DNA of 56,748 nucleotides, the filler included, from Porpidia crustulata (Eukaryota), in NCBI GenBank assembly GCA_964255105.1. It is 3 parts of 3 records of this genome, joined end to end, with 100 filler letters (N's around TTAATTAATTAA, not from the genome) between each part and the next. Parts side by side here need not be neighbours in the genome. Positions count along the whole stretch, not along the records: positions 18,969 to 37,832 come from CAXUWE010000166.1; positions 37,933 to 56,748 come from CAXUWE010000167.1; 1 more part is not named here. One strand, written 5' to 3'. The notes beneath the pieces were generated by a model that searched no databases, was not told where the DNA came from, and was given only the letters and a program-made list of their open reading frames with translations. This document shows positions 34,321-47,904 of the stretch, piece by piece. Position 1 is the stretch's first letter. Every line of letters starts with the position of its first letter. The position numbers were made by a program, and so were the translations under genes.

Positions 34321-36246
34321 TGTGCTATCTGGCGAAATTCTACGCTAGACTACTGACACGGGACTTCAAACCAACTGGGAGTTGACAGACTCTGGTAGCC
34401 CTGACATACGGAAGGGCAGAGACTTGCAGATTTCCATTCATCTAGAGTAATTCTAGCCCACAATCAAGCACGGGAGATTTGGATATCCACTCTAGTTGGC
34501 AGCCCTGCACGCACCCACGGCTTCGAAAGCAAACGCAGGTGGTTTGATCACCAGACTACTGTGAGAAGCTTTGTTCGGGGGCCTCGCTTTCCAGGATTTG
34601 TTCCATTACTACATAATAAGTATCTCATGATTATTTTTCGAGTTTCCCATTGGAATGTTGAAGCTCTGCATGACTAATCACACTAATCGAGCGATTTAGC
34701 ACGTGATCGCGATTGAAACCCAATTCCTTTAAGATTCATCTACATAGGAGATCAGTATCGTCGTTCCTTCATATCCTTTTTCGTGTGATGAAGCTATTCG
34801 CAATTGAGCTGGGCTGAGTGCTTATTGTTGGAATTACCTTGGCAATTGTTCCGCAGCATCTCTCATCAAACGCTCGTGGGTCTTGGCGGTCTTACCCAAA
34901 GCCGTGGATTGCGAGCAAGAAAATCGTAGCTACCCGGATACCCTCTCCAATGTTTGTGTATAGATCTTCTTGGTAACTCTGCGGTACTGTCTTACTTTAC
35001 CAATCTCATTGCAAATTGTCTCCGGTGTTTTGTGGTTTTGGATTTATCTCAAGCTTCAATCTCTTACTTCCTCACCAATAGTACGTGGCGCGGATGAAAC
35101 GATGCGGGAGGACGACTCAGCCCTCCGTCTCTCGAGTCCCACGACAGTGATGCTTCCTCTGATCGTTCGACAGCAGACTGAGTGTTTGATTTTTGTGTCT
35201 ACGTCACAAGCTCACAAAGGCTTTGCATGTTGATTAGTTGGATGCTCATTTAACATAATCACTGGACCACATATGACATTTCGTTAATAATGGTCTTCTG
35301 TTGGCTCTACCAACTCTTCACGGTACGCGAATCCTGTAGCTGGGGCCTTGGGGTAGTCTTTAACTGCGGCCCAATATGAAACGTCCATGTGCATTCGAAG
35401 ACGTTGCGGGCTAAATTCAGGCGTACAAGCCCGTCTCATCTATTTGCTTCGATTGAGGATTGAGGCTTCCATCTACTGCGCCCACCTCGAAACAGTCCTA
35501 TCTTGTTGCGATAATGTAGTTCTTTGGGACTTATATACTTGCTACCAGGAGGCAAAGTTTGGGTTACAATTTCCGATTTTAGATGTTGATAAAGGTATCG
35601 CATATTATTGTTGCACCGTTCAATTGTTTTCAATAATCTAGCCATCGCCCCGTCTTTGGAAGCAACCATCAACATCGTCATGCATCTATCCTACATTCTA
35701 GCTATCACATGTTTCTCCAGTATGGTCATCGCACTTCCCATTGAACCTGCCCCACGGACGCAATTGCAGCCTGAGTAAGCTTCATACCCGACTTTTTCCC
35801 ACAGGAAACATGTTCTCATACTAATACTCTTGAAGCGCGAGACTTCTGTTCCCAAAGAACGTCCCACGGACAGACTTCGACCCAGCCGCCGTCGTTCAGG
35901 AAGACGGGCCAAGGCGTGGCCAATGGAGACTGACGCATAAGATTCAAAGTACCAAAGGTCTGTCTCAATCCCACAATCACCCTCGCTAGCAATCACTGAT
36001 AGGGTTCTAGTCTACTCACTTCTAGACGATCTAGTCCATTTGGGCCGGAGCACAACTCTGCGAAGCTTCAGGTATGAAAGACAGTCTATCTCCGCCACAG
36101 TTTTTGATACTGAGACTTCTCCCAGGGCACTCGACCACGCTTATGGCTTGCTGAACTGCCACAAACTTGCCGATGGCAGCAAGGCGAATCACGGCGAACC
36201 TTGCTCTGTGCAATATACGCAGTGAATTGTGTACGCTATCTGCGCT

Positions 36247-36876
36247 ATGGGCCAAGCCAGCTCCAGCAACAAGTTAGAACAACTGCAGTCAAGTCATTCT
36301 GACGGACAAATGGACCATCAATTCGGGAGAGGGGTGGAAGTCGAGCCTCCAGATGGACATCACCTCCTCCGCTTCCAACGTGGTGCCATGCATCACCCTT
36401 ACTTCTCCATCCAACGAGACGCAAACGACCTTTCAAAATATGACGAAAAAACTCTGGGAGAGATGGGAGAACAAGCTGTGGAGGAAAGTAGGGGAAGGAC
36501 GATAAGACTCGAGATCACGGATATGCCTAGGGGGCCACATCGCAGCGCCATTCGCAACAATCCTCCGACCAATGATAGGCAAGATCCAGGTAAGCCCTTG
36601 CGGCCCCTGGTTGGCACCGAATCCGAATTGCTCAAATTACAGAGGGAGCTAATCCAGTCGCTTTTAGTCCGTCCTGTCGTGGCTCCCAGCAAATGCATTG
36701 AATTTGCCAAACCGACCGATATAGAGTTTCAAGTCCCTCTCGTTAAGGCATCCTTACCATGGGTCAACCAGTCCGAACACAATGAGCATCACATGCAAAG
36801 CCGATTTAAAGTTGTCGTAATATATGGCTGGAATTTTGTGGCTCGACAGCTGCTACAGGAAGTTTCACATAAATAA
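36247..36876 (+). CDS. Hypothetical protein, possibly degenerate
   Basis: ~210-aa ORF (MGQASSS...) with no recognised motif; the frame stays open for ~50 codons past the TAA. Confidence 0.3.
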   Translation: MGQASSSNKLEQLQSSHSDGQMDHQFGRGVEVEPPDGHHLLRFQRGAMHHPYFSIQRDANDLSKYDEKTLGEMGEQAVEESRGRTIRLEITDMPRGPHRSAIRNNPPTNDRQDPGKPLRPLVGTESELLKLQRELIQSLLVRPVVAPSKCIEFAKPTDIEFQVPLVKASLPWVNQSEHNEHHMQSRFKVVVIYGWNFVARQLLQEVSHK

Positions 36877-37832
36877 TGGGGTTGTACTTGGAAGCCTCCA
36901 AACCAACCAAACCTACCCTTTGCACATACAATTATATTCGTCTCTCCATGGATCTTATCTGATTTCTGGTGTGAAACGAGGCATCACATTCAGACATCAG
37001 GAGGTGTCGCATATAGTAACACGTGACATATCGTTATTATCCAGTCAGTGAGACTGCGGGTCAAGGTACCGCAACGCAAGACTCGGTCTTCGACCGAAGT
37101 ACCTTAGATGTACCTTTACACTCCGAGTCTAGCATTGATTACAGAAAACGGAGCCAAAGAATAGCTTCATGTACGACATGAGTGGCGTTCATGTCCCGTC
37201 TGCAGACACTGAGGTCGACCGGGCCAAGCGTGGGTTATCACTGCTGCTGGCTGCTTTCTCATTTCTGTTCTTCGACTGGAAGGATCGACTATGACGACAT
37301 CGGCTTCGATATCATTGGCGAATTGTACGATCCACGCGAAAGTGGCACTTACTTCATCGTGCCTCTTCGTTTGCGATCCACGTAAAAAAAAATAGGTTAC
37401 GACGATGAGAACGTAGATATGAAGATTTGGGACAAGTCTCAAGGTACTGCGTCGGGCATGTTGAGTCCCATTCCAGGTAGGTAAGGCGCTAGTAAGACGG
37501 GTGAACCAATCGAATTCAACGTATGACCCAAGGTCTAGAGCTTGGGTATGACGTCGATGTATCGACCCATGAAACGATGATCGCGGCGACGCGCGAAGAA
37601 AGGGGAAGAACGTGAGTCCGAGGCGAGAGATTGCACAATGAGAAAACAATAATAATGACGTCACATCTCATAACAGGAAGAGACAGCTGCTAGGGAGGAG
37701 GGAGGATTCGCCCCCCCTTTCACTTGCCACAGCACTTAGTTGGCTCTTAGCATCAGTACGAAATACGCAGTAATAAAAACCCAGACTTCGTGATCATAAG
37801 GTAGGTAGAAGAGGTAGATTACACCTTTCCCC

Positions 37833-37932
37833 NNNNNNNNNNNNNNNNNNNNNNNNNNNNNNNNNNNNNNNNNNNNTTAATTAATTAANNNNNNNNNNNN
37901 NNNNNNNNNNNNNNNNNNNNNNNNNNNNNNNN
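37833..37932. other. Assembly gap with artificial six-frame-stop linker
   Basis: 44 N + TTAATTAATTAA + 44 N. Confidence 0.95.
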
Positions 37933-39840
37933 GTCTTTTCCTCGCGCCACTCCTTCTCCATCGTGCGGGCCGTAGCTTCATATTTGTCGGCGCGGCGCTG
38001 TGCGCGGGCTCGGTCGCGGTCGAGCTGGGGCAGGGCGGTGGTGGTGAGGACGTCGTGGTCGGCGCGGAGTGCGGCGAGGTCGCGGGCGGTGCTTTCGGCG
38101 AGGGCGGCGGCTCGGTCGGCGGCGTGGCTGGCTTGGGATGCTTTGTCGGCGGAGCGCTCGAGGATCTCTTCGAAGTACATGCGTTGGCTGTCGAGCTGGG
38201 AGGTGAGGAGGTGGGTGTATTCCTGGCCGATGTTATCGAGTTTTTGGCGGGGCACGTAGTCGTCGAAGTCGTCGTCGTGGGGGGAGTGGGTGGGGTCGGT
38301 GGTGGCGGAAGGGAGCTCCATGATTTTGCCGTCGGTTTTGGACTGTACGATGCGATGGACGTAGCCATCAGAGGCATAATCCCAGATGCGCTGGGTGGCG
38401 AGGTCCATGGCGAAGCAGTGGGAAGAGTGTTCGTAATGGGTGAAGGCGTGAGCAGCGTCGTAGCGGCCGCAGCCAACATTGCCGCAGATGAGGCAAATCC
38501 AGAGATTCTGATCAGAACGGCAGATGGTACATTTATTTAGGCCAGCATCTTCCGGAGAGGCAGTGTGTGTTCTTTTGCCAAGGTCGTCCTGGGTATACCG
38601 GCAGACGGGACATCCACCGCCACGCCATTTCTCGAGACACGAGCAATGAAACACGTGTTGGCAGAGGATGGTGAGGAGGCCGGTAGATTCGTCCATGCGT
38701 TCAAGGCAGACGGGACAGGTTGGGAGCTCGATCAGGGCGGGTGTCGGGGGTGCTTTGGGTTTTGTGCTCCGGGACGTCGAGGGCAGCGCTGGCACTTGGA
38801 TGGTGGCATTCGGGTTGCTAGAACTCTCAAGCTTCTTGGATGGTGTAAAGGGGTCGTTGGTCATGTCTGGGAAAGAGGAGTCTTGGCCGGCTACCTCAAC
38901 GGCACGGAACTCGATAGATTTGACGAAGACGACATGGCAATTCTCTCCCTGGTTGTTGGAAGCCATTCAGTCAGCATAGACATGTTGCCTCGAAACTAAG
39001 ACCAATTCCTACCTCCATACCGTCGAAAGCCTTGCCGTCCCACTCCGTCCGCCACTCTCTGGCTCTCTTGCCACTTCGGAATTTCATGAGCACCATGTAT
39101 CTGTTGCCTCTCTCTGTTCTAATCATCCGGAAGTGGCTGACCTCGTCCCTCGTTTTTTCCCCAACGAAGCCCAGAAAGTCCGAGGGTGTCAGATACGAAG
39201 GTACGGCGAGAATGCACAGTGTGGTGCAGTCCTCGTCTCGAAATATGGGCGCTTTGCCATCTCCTTTTCTGAGCGAGCTTCGCCCGCCTCTCGAGCCTTT
39301 GCTGAATGGAACGTCATCATACAGACCCGGTGTCTCCTCTGAATCTCTATATAGCCGTACAATTCCCCAACCTATATCATCATGCTCCAGATCCAATGGT
39401 TCGTATCTACCTTTCGTAGCAAGCCCGCCTGGGCTGGCGCCAAGGCCATTATTGATGGAAACGTGCTTCTCCCCCTCACCTATCGGTACCATGTCAACCC
39501 TTTGCACTGCGATATTGTCGTAGCGCCAGTCATAAGCAACCAATGTTGACGCCTTGAAATCCGTTTCCCCTTCCTTGCCGTTACCTGGCAATAGATGCGC
39601 CTCGACTTGAGTTTTTCGACACAGCTCCACCTGGTTTGAAGCGAGTTTTCTACGATCACGCTGCGCTTGATCTTGAGTAGCTGCCGAACCCTGGAATGTT
39701 TCCTTCTCGGGATCTATCGCCTGCTGGTGCGATGCTTGCTTGATAGGTAGGAAAATGTCTGCGCCGCTCACCAGGCGGCAGGTACCGGTGGATGATGCCT
39801 TAGTTATGTCAAAGGCTATATGAAAAAAGAACGACGGCAT
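37933..39840 (-). CDS. ETP1: BRAP2/RING/UBP-type zinc finger ubiquitin ligase, 3' truncated by gap
   Basis: BRAP2 domain (LCILAVPSYLTPSDFLGF, RYMVLMKFR), intron 38949-39012, RING ELPTCPVCLERMD..CQHVFHCSC..CPVCRY, zf-UBP WICLICGNVGCGRY..H..H, coiled coil. Confidence 0.92.
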
Positions 39841-40224
39841 CACACGGTGATGGGTAGAGAGTCATAACCGTGTGTAGGATGCAAATTTGTGTGGCACGTG
39901 ACGATATTCCCGGTGGAAAAGCGTAGTGGCGAATCCTGGCTCAAATAACTTAGTCAATTTACAGGGAAGGGGTGAATGAAATTGCTCCAAATCTAGATAA
40001 AACATTCCGCGGTGTATGCTGGTCATCGATTACGTGTGTAACTACATGATGGAATGGAAATGGATGGGCAAGGTATTATGGTTATATGTGCATTTCTAAC
40101 TTAGCATGAAAGTATCTGACATGCCAAAAGCGGGCACAAGAAACACAAAGCACCTTCATATAGACCCAATCAACCGCCCGCTGAGGCGCATGATGCAAAG
40201 ACAATGTCACAACGTTTTCTCCAC

Positions 40225-41108
<884 letters not shown>

Positions 41109-42063
41109 GATGATAGATGTTTGTGGGAGATGATTTGAGTGAGAGGCTCCGAATTAAAACGATGGTTGAAGCGGTTGGTTATTTGTTTGTGATGGATGAT
41201 GGAGGAAGGTGGACGATCGAGGTTGAGAATTTAAAGCTCTGGAAGGCCTTAGACTTGGTGTTGGAAAGGGCGGATGACACAGCCGGATTAGTTTACGTAT
41301 CACCGTATTCATAGCCGGGTCACGTGTTTCAAGATAACACAAATGGAAGTTGCGAGAAATCACCATGCAAATCCCGCCACAACGATCAATCATAAAGATT
41401 CACAGCCACTACATCTTAGTCACGCTCATTCGTCATGTTAACTTCGATGATAACTGCAACGAGGCCTTAGAACCCATCTCCATCAAATCTTTTTGGAACT
41501 TTCGAGCGTAAAGCTTTCTAGAGCAGCGAGTCATACTCTCTCAAATTATCACCCTACTTTAGCTCTGCTCCAATCAAGTGAAGAAAGATTTCATAGTATT
41601 CGCTGGCATAATGCTCGTAAGAAATATCGTGCCGATAGCTCGAGCTTCACGAGTTACTGTGACACCCTCGAAGTAGCGTCGCTCGAGTCGAACCACATAT
41701 ATCCAATGTCTCCGAGATGCTACCTTTATGCTATTCGTGAAGAAGGGGAATACCTTGTGTACTAGATATGTCATTGAAGGTACGGCCATGTAAATCCTTT
41801 TGTAGCCGTAAATCGTAGTCGTGAGGCGTGGGAACTTCTTGAACACCATAAAACCATAGCTCCACACTATGTGTAAGATTCAACCTTGCTTCGAAGATAT
41901 CTAGAAAGTTGCCCGATGGGAACCCCTTGCTTAAATAATCCATCAAATTCTGAGATTTCTGTCTCGTCGTCACTGAAAAGTGTAATGGCAAACCCCGTGA
42001 GGACGATGGTCATTGTCGTTATTTCACATTAGATCGTTGAAAATCATCAGATTATGCAGAAAT

Positions 42064-44576
42064 TCAGTTAGCCCGAATTACGAGCTTAGAAACAAATTTG
42101 CTGGACAGCGAGTCAAAGTCGTTTCTGTCGAAAGTAGCCCGCGATCGGCCTTTGAGATATGCTTCTGTTCCGCGGTTAGTGATGTGGCTGGGAATAAAAC
42201 AACGGTAGTGATACATACCATTCCGGGTCACGTGCCCTCGAACTTCAGTCATCGCTTCGCAGACTGAGGGGTTAGATTGTAGGGCCTGATGGTGCTTACT
42301 CGTTTCCCACTCGAGAAACGACGGCAGCTTCTGAGATATTGCTGAGAAGAGGCCGACGATGACGCCTACTGGCGTAGACTCCATATCGTTACAAAACTTC
42401 TTAACAATTTCCTTATCCTACAATTAACGTGTTAGCCCTCTGCCATCATGCCAATTTCCAATATTGCTCACCGGAATTCGGTAATGGCAATCAAATTGCA
42501 TCTCCTCCCACACGCCGAGCAAAACCGACGCTACCATGAAGATAGTTGGCCAATGCTTAAGCTTGTCGCGTGTGTAGACACTCGAGTACAGGTGGGAGAG
42601 TTCCTCCAGTATCTCCTTCTGCAATTCCCGCCACTTGTCTGCCATTGCACATTTGATTTGGAAGTTGATCATCACGGGTGCTACAGTCTTGCCCTTGAAT
42701 TTCGAGTTATTGTCTGTAATTTTTCCCAAGAACGCCTCCTCATCTGGAATGCCTTCAACCATGGTGACATGCTGAGTGAGGTTATAGGCGAGGAGAAGTT
42801 TCAGTGATTTCCGGATGATTGGCGTTCGTTCCTTGAGCCAGAAGCGGTAAGCTGTTTTGAGCATTTGGGTGAGAAATGGCGTGCCCTCAAAGTATTCGTC
42901 CACGAAATTCTCAAAGCCCCCGTCAATGTGTCGATCTAGATAGTCAGATAGGAGCACGGTGGAGACACCATTTTCACCGGCCGACAGCTTAGCAGTGTTG
43001 ACCGAGTGTTCTTCGGGCGTGTTCTGTGGTGTTTCGATCCAATCTAGTCCAAAACATCTCTCGTCGCGCACAAAGACTTCCCGAGCGCGAATCGGAAGCA
43101 TGTGGCCATATCCATGGGTGATGAACAACGTCCGCTCTGTGTCGCCGAAGCCTTTGATGTTCCCAATAGAGAAGCCAAGGCTCACATGTCGTTCATAATC
43201 TGCCCTCCAGTCTTTCATGAAATATGCGATCTCTTTGATGTCAATCCGAGTACAGGGAACCTGCCATAATCTAGCGTGAGATGGTTGACACCCAGAGCAC
43301 GGTTCTCCTGGGTCACACTACTCGAGATTAGCAAGCGGAAGTTTTTGAAAACGTGCCTGATACTTACAGTCTTCTTGAGAAATTTGCAGCGAAGGCATGC
43401 CCCTAGTTTCCTTATCTCACATGCCTGTTTCCTTTGCTCCGGACGAAGAGGTCCCTTCCTCCTGCCTACCCGTTTCTCGGTCCCTGGCTTCGGCGTTTGC
43501 GAAGGCTTTCTAATCACCGCTTTGGCAGTTTTGTCATTGGCACTCTTCTGCGACTGTCGCCTACTAGGAGGAGATCCACGACCTGATGAAACGGGCGATC
43601 GCTGAGGAGATAAAGGTTTCTTGGGGTTGATGTCGATTGGTTTTACCAAGCTTGAAGTTACGACAACGGGGCGGCTCGGGCGCTCTCTTTCGTCGTCGTG
43701 GTAATAGTTTTGATCGAGGTAGTTGCCATGATCAGTATTGAAGTCCATATCCCCAATGCTATCGGTTCCAGGCGAGCCGATTGCATTCGGAACCTCTACA
43801 TAGCCACTGCTCCATGATTTCTGAGACTGTTGCTCCATATCAGAATAGGACGAGCCCGACCAACTTCGATTATGGAGAGTTTGACCCGGGTTGAAGATTG
43901 CTCCAGCATGGGGATCCTGGTACGAGGAAGAATCAATCGGCTGAGGAACGTAGTCAACAATGTTCCAGCCGCTATCACTCCCTGATCCAGACAGCGAGCC
44001 CACTTCTACGTACGAACTCGTAGGAGAGTTTGTTGGTGCGGTTTGGTGTGCGATGTTCATGTCGGGCAACCCGTTCGGAGGCGAAAACCCGATGACTTCG
44101 TTTTGGACATCCGGCCACGGGAAGTTTAAACCATCCATCTGATTGCTGGGCGATAGGTACGACCCGTCTATGGGTATACACCTCGAAGCAAGGTGGGTAT
44201 TGGCGGGCAAGAAGTCGGTTGGCGAAGTCTGAAATGGCATTGAGTAATCATCGGGGTAGGGCTGTTGTGGAAACGTCGATCCCAAGTTATATCCAAAGTG
44301 CGAGCCCAGCGGCTGAGGAGTATTCCACTCTGGTATAAAGTTTTGGATCTGGTGACCTGCCCTCTGTTCATATCCTGATCTAAGACCATGGACCGGTGTT
44401 GTTGACCGTTTGATATTGGAGTTCGGGCTTGGGCGGGGGACGGTACGGGACGTATTACTCTGGTCGGTGGGTATTGGTGACCAGGAAAGTCTCGACGAGT
44501 ACGAGGGATATTGCGCGCTTTGCGGATCCATATCATATCCAGCCAAGGCGTCAGCAGACAACTCAACGCCAGCCAT
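42064..44576 (-). CDS. Zn(II)2Cys6-like fungal transcription factor, multi-exon
   Basis: Basic region RRKGPLRPEQRKQA, then ACLRCKFLKKT|CDPGEPCSGC...VPC across an intron; conserved-looking C-terminal domain ending SKLVIRAN*. Confidence 0.8.
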
Positions 44577-45920
44577 TGTCGCAATGATTAAATCCTTGGG
44601 GTCAATGGCTATTGTGAGGAAGGAAAAAAGGTTGACGATGAAAGCACGGGCGAGTAAAGCGTCCGCAGCCCTTCGGGGAAAAAGCGGTGTCAATCTTCCT
44701 TCCTGCTTTCAGCGTCTCCACGACAGGGACAAGGTGATGATGGAGAGACGGCTGCTCGCGACCCTAAGGGAGTAATACCTAGTGTAGGCTGTAGCCGTTA
44801 GTCAGAAAGACTGCGAGCCCTCTTACTCTCAGTCAATCAGTCGTTGTTGACCCCATTTTCCTGGGAGGTTTCCCACAGGAGGATAGGTAGGAAGTAGCGG
44901 TGTGGAGGTGAGAGAGGAGCACTCTGGCAGAGTAGCACGCTTGCGGATTTTTCGGGTGGGGATCAGCAGGAGGGGTAGCAGTGTGTAGTCGCTTTCTGAC
45001 AGGGTCCACGGTCGATGTATTCCTATTGCAGACTGCTAACGAGGAGAATGCATGAAGCGCCATCCATCATTCCAATCACAAATTGCCGCCATGCGGGTCA
45101 TTCAATGAGAGCCAATTGACGCCCTTGTGCTGGTCGGGGTTCTTTTTGAGTAACAGTTTGGTGACTGGCTGGTGGGCGACTGGTGACTGATGACCTGCAA
45201 GTCACCTCGGACGCGAGAGAGTGGAAGCGAGGGAATCAGCGGGAGGGAATGTCTAGTCGGACGTTCCTCCACCCAAAAGCGGGCATCGAGTAGCGCTTAT
45301 CGTGGGGTTGTGAGTTGTGGGGGAAATGTGACAAGCTGACAAGACGATCTTCTGCCGAGGCTTCGAGCGAGCTCCAAAGGCCACACGTCGTTGCCTCTTG
45401 ACAACAATGCGATCTATCATGTGGGAATAGCATGCTAGATAACGAACTGAATCTCTCTTCGTGTCCCTTGCGTGGTTATGTCCTGGCACGTTCCACGAGG
45501 CGCTTCAAGATCCTAAAATCTTGTGCAACGTTATTTCAGCCCAGCCAGCCACCAAGTTTGATCCTCATACACACTGTTGTCTATTGGGGTACTGAATGGC
45601 CAGCCATGCATGGGAATACTGCACTAGAGACCTCAGATTCGACTTTGGGATTCCCGCACACTGTTGTAGACCGAGTAGATATCTACTCACATGTAATTCG
45701 ACTTGTTGTCATAAAATAGCATCGTTCACGACAGCTAAATAAGGGATGAAATTATTCTCAGAGGTAAAGCTTGCGCAGTACGCATTGCCAAATAAAGGTC
45801 ATTTCACAAGGATTACCATAAACGTGACCCAAGAATTCAAGGATCGATTTCCGCAACACATGAATTTACAAAGAATGTACGTCAGTTAGAAGAATAGTAA
45901 GCGGTAAACGCAATGTCCAC

Positions 45921-47904
45921 ATGCCGACACAGGTGAAAGCGAAGGTCAAATGGCGCAGAGCTGTTTATGAGCCCAGACATTTCAGGCGATTTCATCACGC
46001 TGCCACCTCATTTCAAGCGCCTGTTGAAAGCGTAGAAGACTCCGGGGAAAACGTCGACATGGCAGAGGATGGTGGCCGAGGTGGGACAGTTCCTGACGCG
46101 CCTGATGACATCGATGTATCACTAGAGTCTGACAGCAGCGCGGACTTTATTTTCCCCACAAGCAATGAAACCCTGGGTGCTCAAAGAGATAGGGCGCATG
46201 TCCCTGACCTCCACACCGCTCCACCTCCAATACAAGATCTCCTAAAGTCGCAGACGTCGGTGCAGCAAGACTACACAGTGCAGGAATGTTTGCCCTTTCT
46301 TGCTGGACTTGAAGGTTGTGGGAGGAGCTTGTTTGACTACAACGAACATGGCATACCACGACTGGAGCGGGACAAACACATCCGGTATCTACATGAGAGC
46401 TTTAGACAGCTGCCCTCGGGATTCGTGGCATACGACGCAAGTCGCCCTTGGCTTCTTTACTGGGCTCTGACAGGTCTTTCTCTACTCGGAGAAAATATAG
46501 AACAGTACCGCCAAAGGTATACACGCTGTGGTCTTGACCAATAAATTCATTGACATGATTGTGAACGCCACATGGGCTGATCTCTTCGAACACAGAACTA
46601 TGGAGACCCTCGCTCCGATGCAAAATTCAGGAGGTGGGTTTGGGGGTGGACAGGGCCAAGCGTCTCATATTGCGGCCACATATGCCGCCGTGTTAAGCCT
46701 TGCTCTAGTGGGGAGTGACGAGTGTTTGAACTTGATTGATCGTCGAGCGATGTGAGTTCCACCAGTAACATCGAGAGCACGCTCTCACTCTCTAATCTCG
46801 ATATCTGCAAAGGTGGAAGTGGTTAGGCGAACTGAAGCACCGAGACGGAGGCTTTGCGGTCTGTGTAAGGGGAGAGAAAGACGTCCGGTAAGCTGCAGTA
46901 AGCATAACGTCGCCAGAACACTGAACTGATGATGCCGCAGAGGCGCGTACTGTTCAATGACCGTTTTATCTCTACTCAATCTACCTCTTGAGCTACCTCC
47001 CGATGCTCCTGCAAGAAGCGATGGGCTTAATTCCTTTACGGATGGTCTACCAGAATATCTTTCGCGATGTAAGCATAGGTTGTTGGTTAAAAGGATTGTA
47101 GATGATAATGATATCTTTAGGCCAGACTTTTGAGGGTGGCATCTCTGGTGCTCCACAGACGGAGGCCCACGGAGCGTATGCGTTTTGCGCATTGGCATGC
47201 TTATGTATACTCGGCCCGCCTCATGTGCTGATCTCAAGGTAGATGCGGATTCTATGACCAGAATATGCAAATACTAACTCGACATGTTCCAGATATCTCA
47301 ATGTTCCAATGCTGATATCTTGGCTTTCTTCTCGGCAGTATGCTCCTGAAGGAGGCTTTGCTGGTCGGACTAATAAGCTCGTGGATGGCTGTTATAGTCA
47401 TTGGGTTGGAGGGTGTTGGCCCTTGCTGGAAGCAGCCTTAAATGGATCGACCGAGCCAGGACGATCTATCTCTGGCATCGTGGACAGTTTGTACAGTCGA
47501 CAAGGCCTAATCCGGTATATCCTCTCATGTTGTCAGGGAAAACATGGTGGCTTAAGGGACAAACCAAGCAAGTAGGTATTACAGAGTGCTCGATGACTCC
47601 AATTATGCTGATCCTCTTCTCCAGATATGTGGATACTTATCACTCATGCTATACCTTAGCCGGACTTAGTTCTGCGCAACATCACATCTACTACACAGAT
47701 GGCGGAGAGATGGGCGAGGTAGGCTCCGTAGAATCAGCACTGGGCTGGAGATATGTGAATACGGTCTCGCCTATGCAGGAAATTGTCAAGGAAGAAATCT
47801 TCGACCCCGAGGATAAGCTGAAACCGATACATCCTGTTTATGTTATTCCGTGGACCGTGGTTGAAAAAGCACATGCATGGGCACAGGAAAGGGATTCTAA
47901 ATAA
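45921..47904 (+). CDS. RAM1: Protein farnesyltransferase beta subunit
   Basis: DASRPWLLYW, GGFGGGQGQASHIAATYAAV, EAHGAYAFC, EGGFAGRTNKLVDGCYSHW, GGLRDKP, DTYHSCY; multiple introns. Confidence 0.93.

Noticed and set aside
37877..38540. Long alternative-frame and antisense ORFs over ETP1
   Set aside because: Shadow ORFs caused by GC-rich codon usage in the coiled-coil region.
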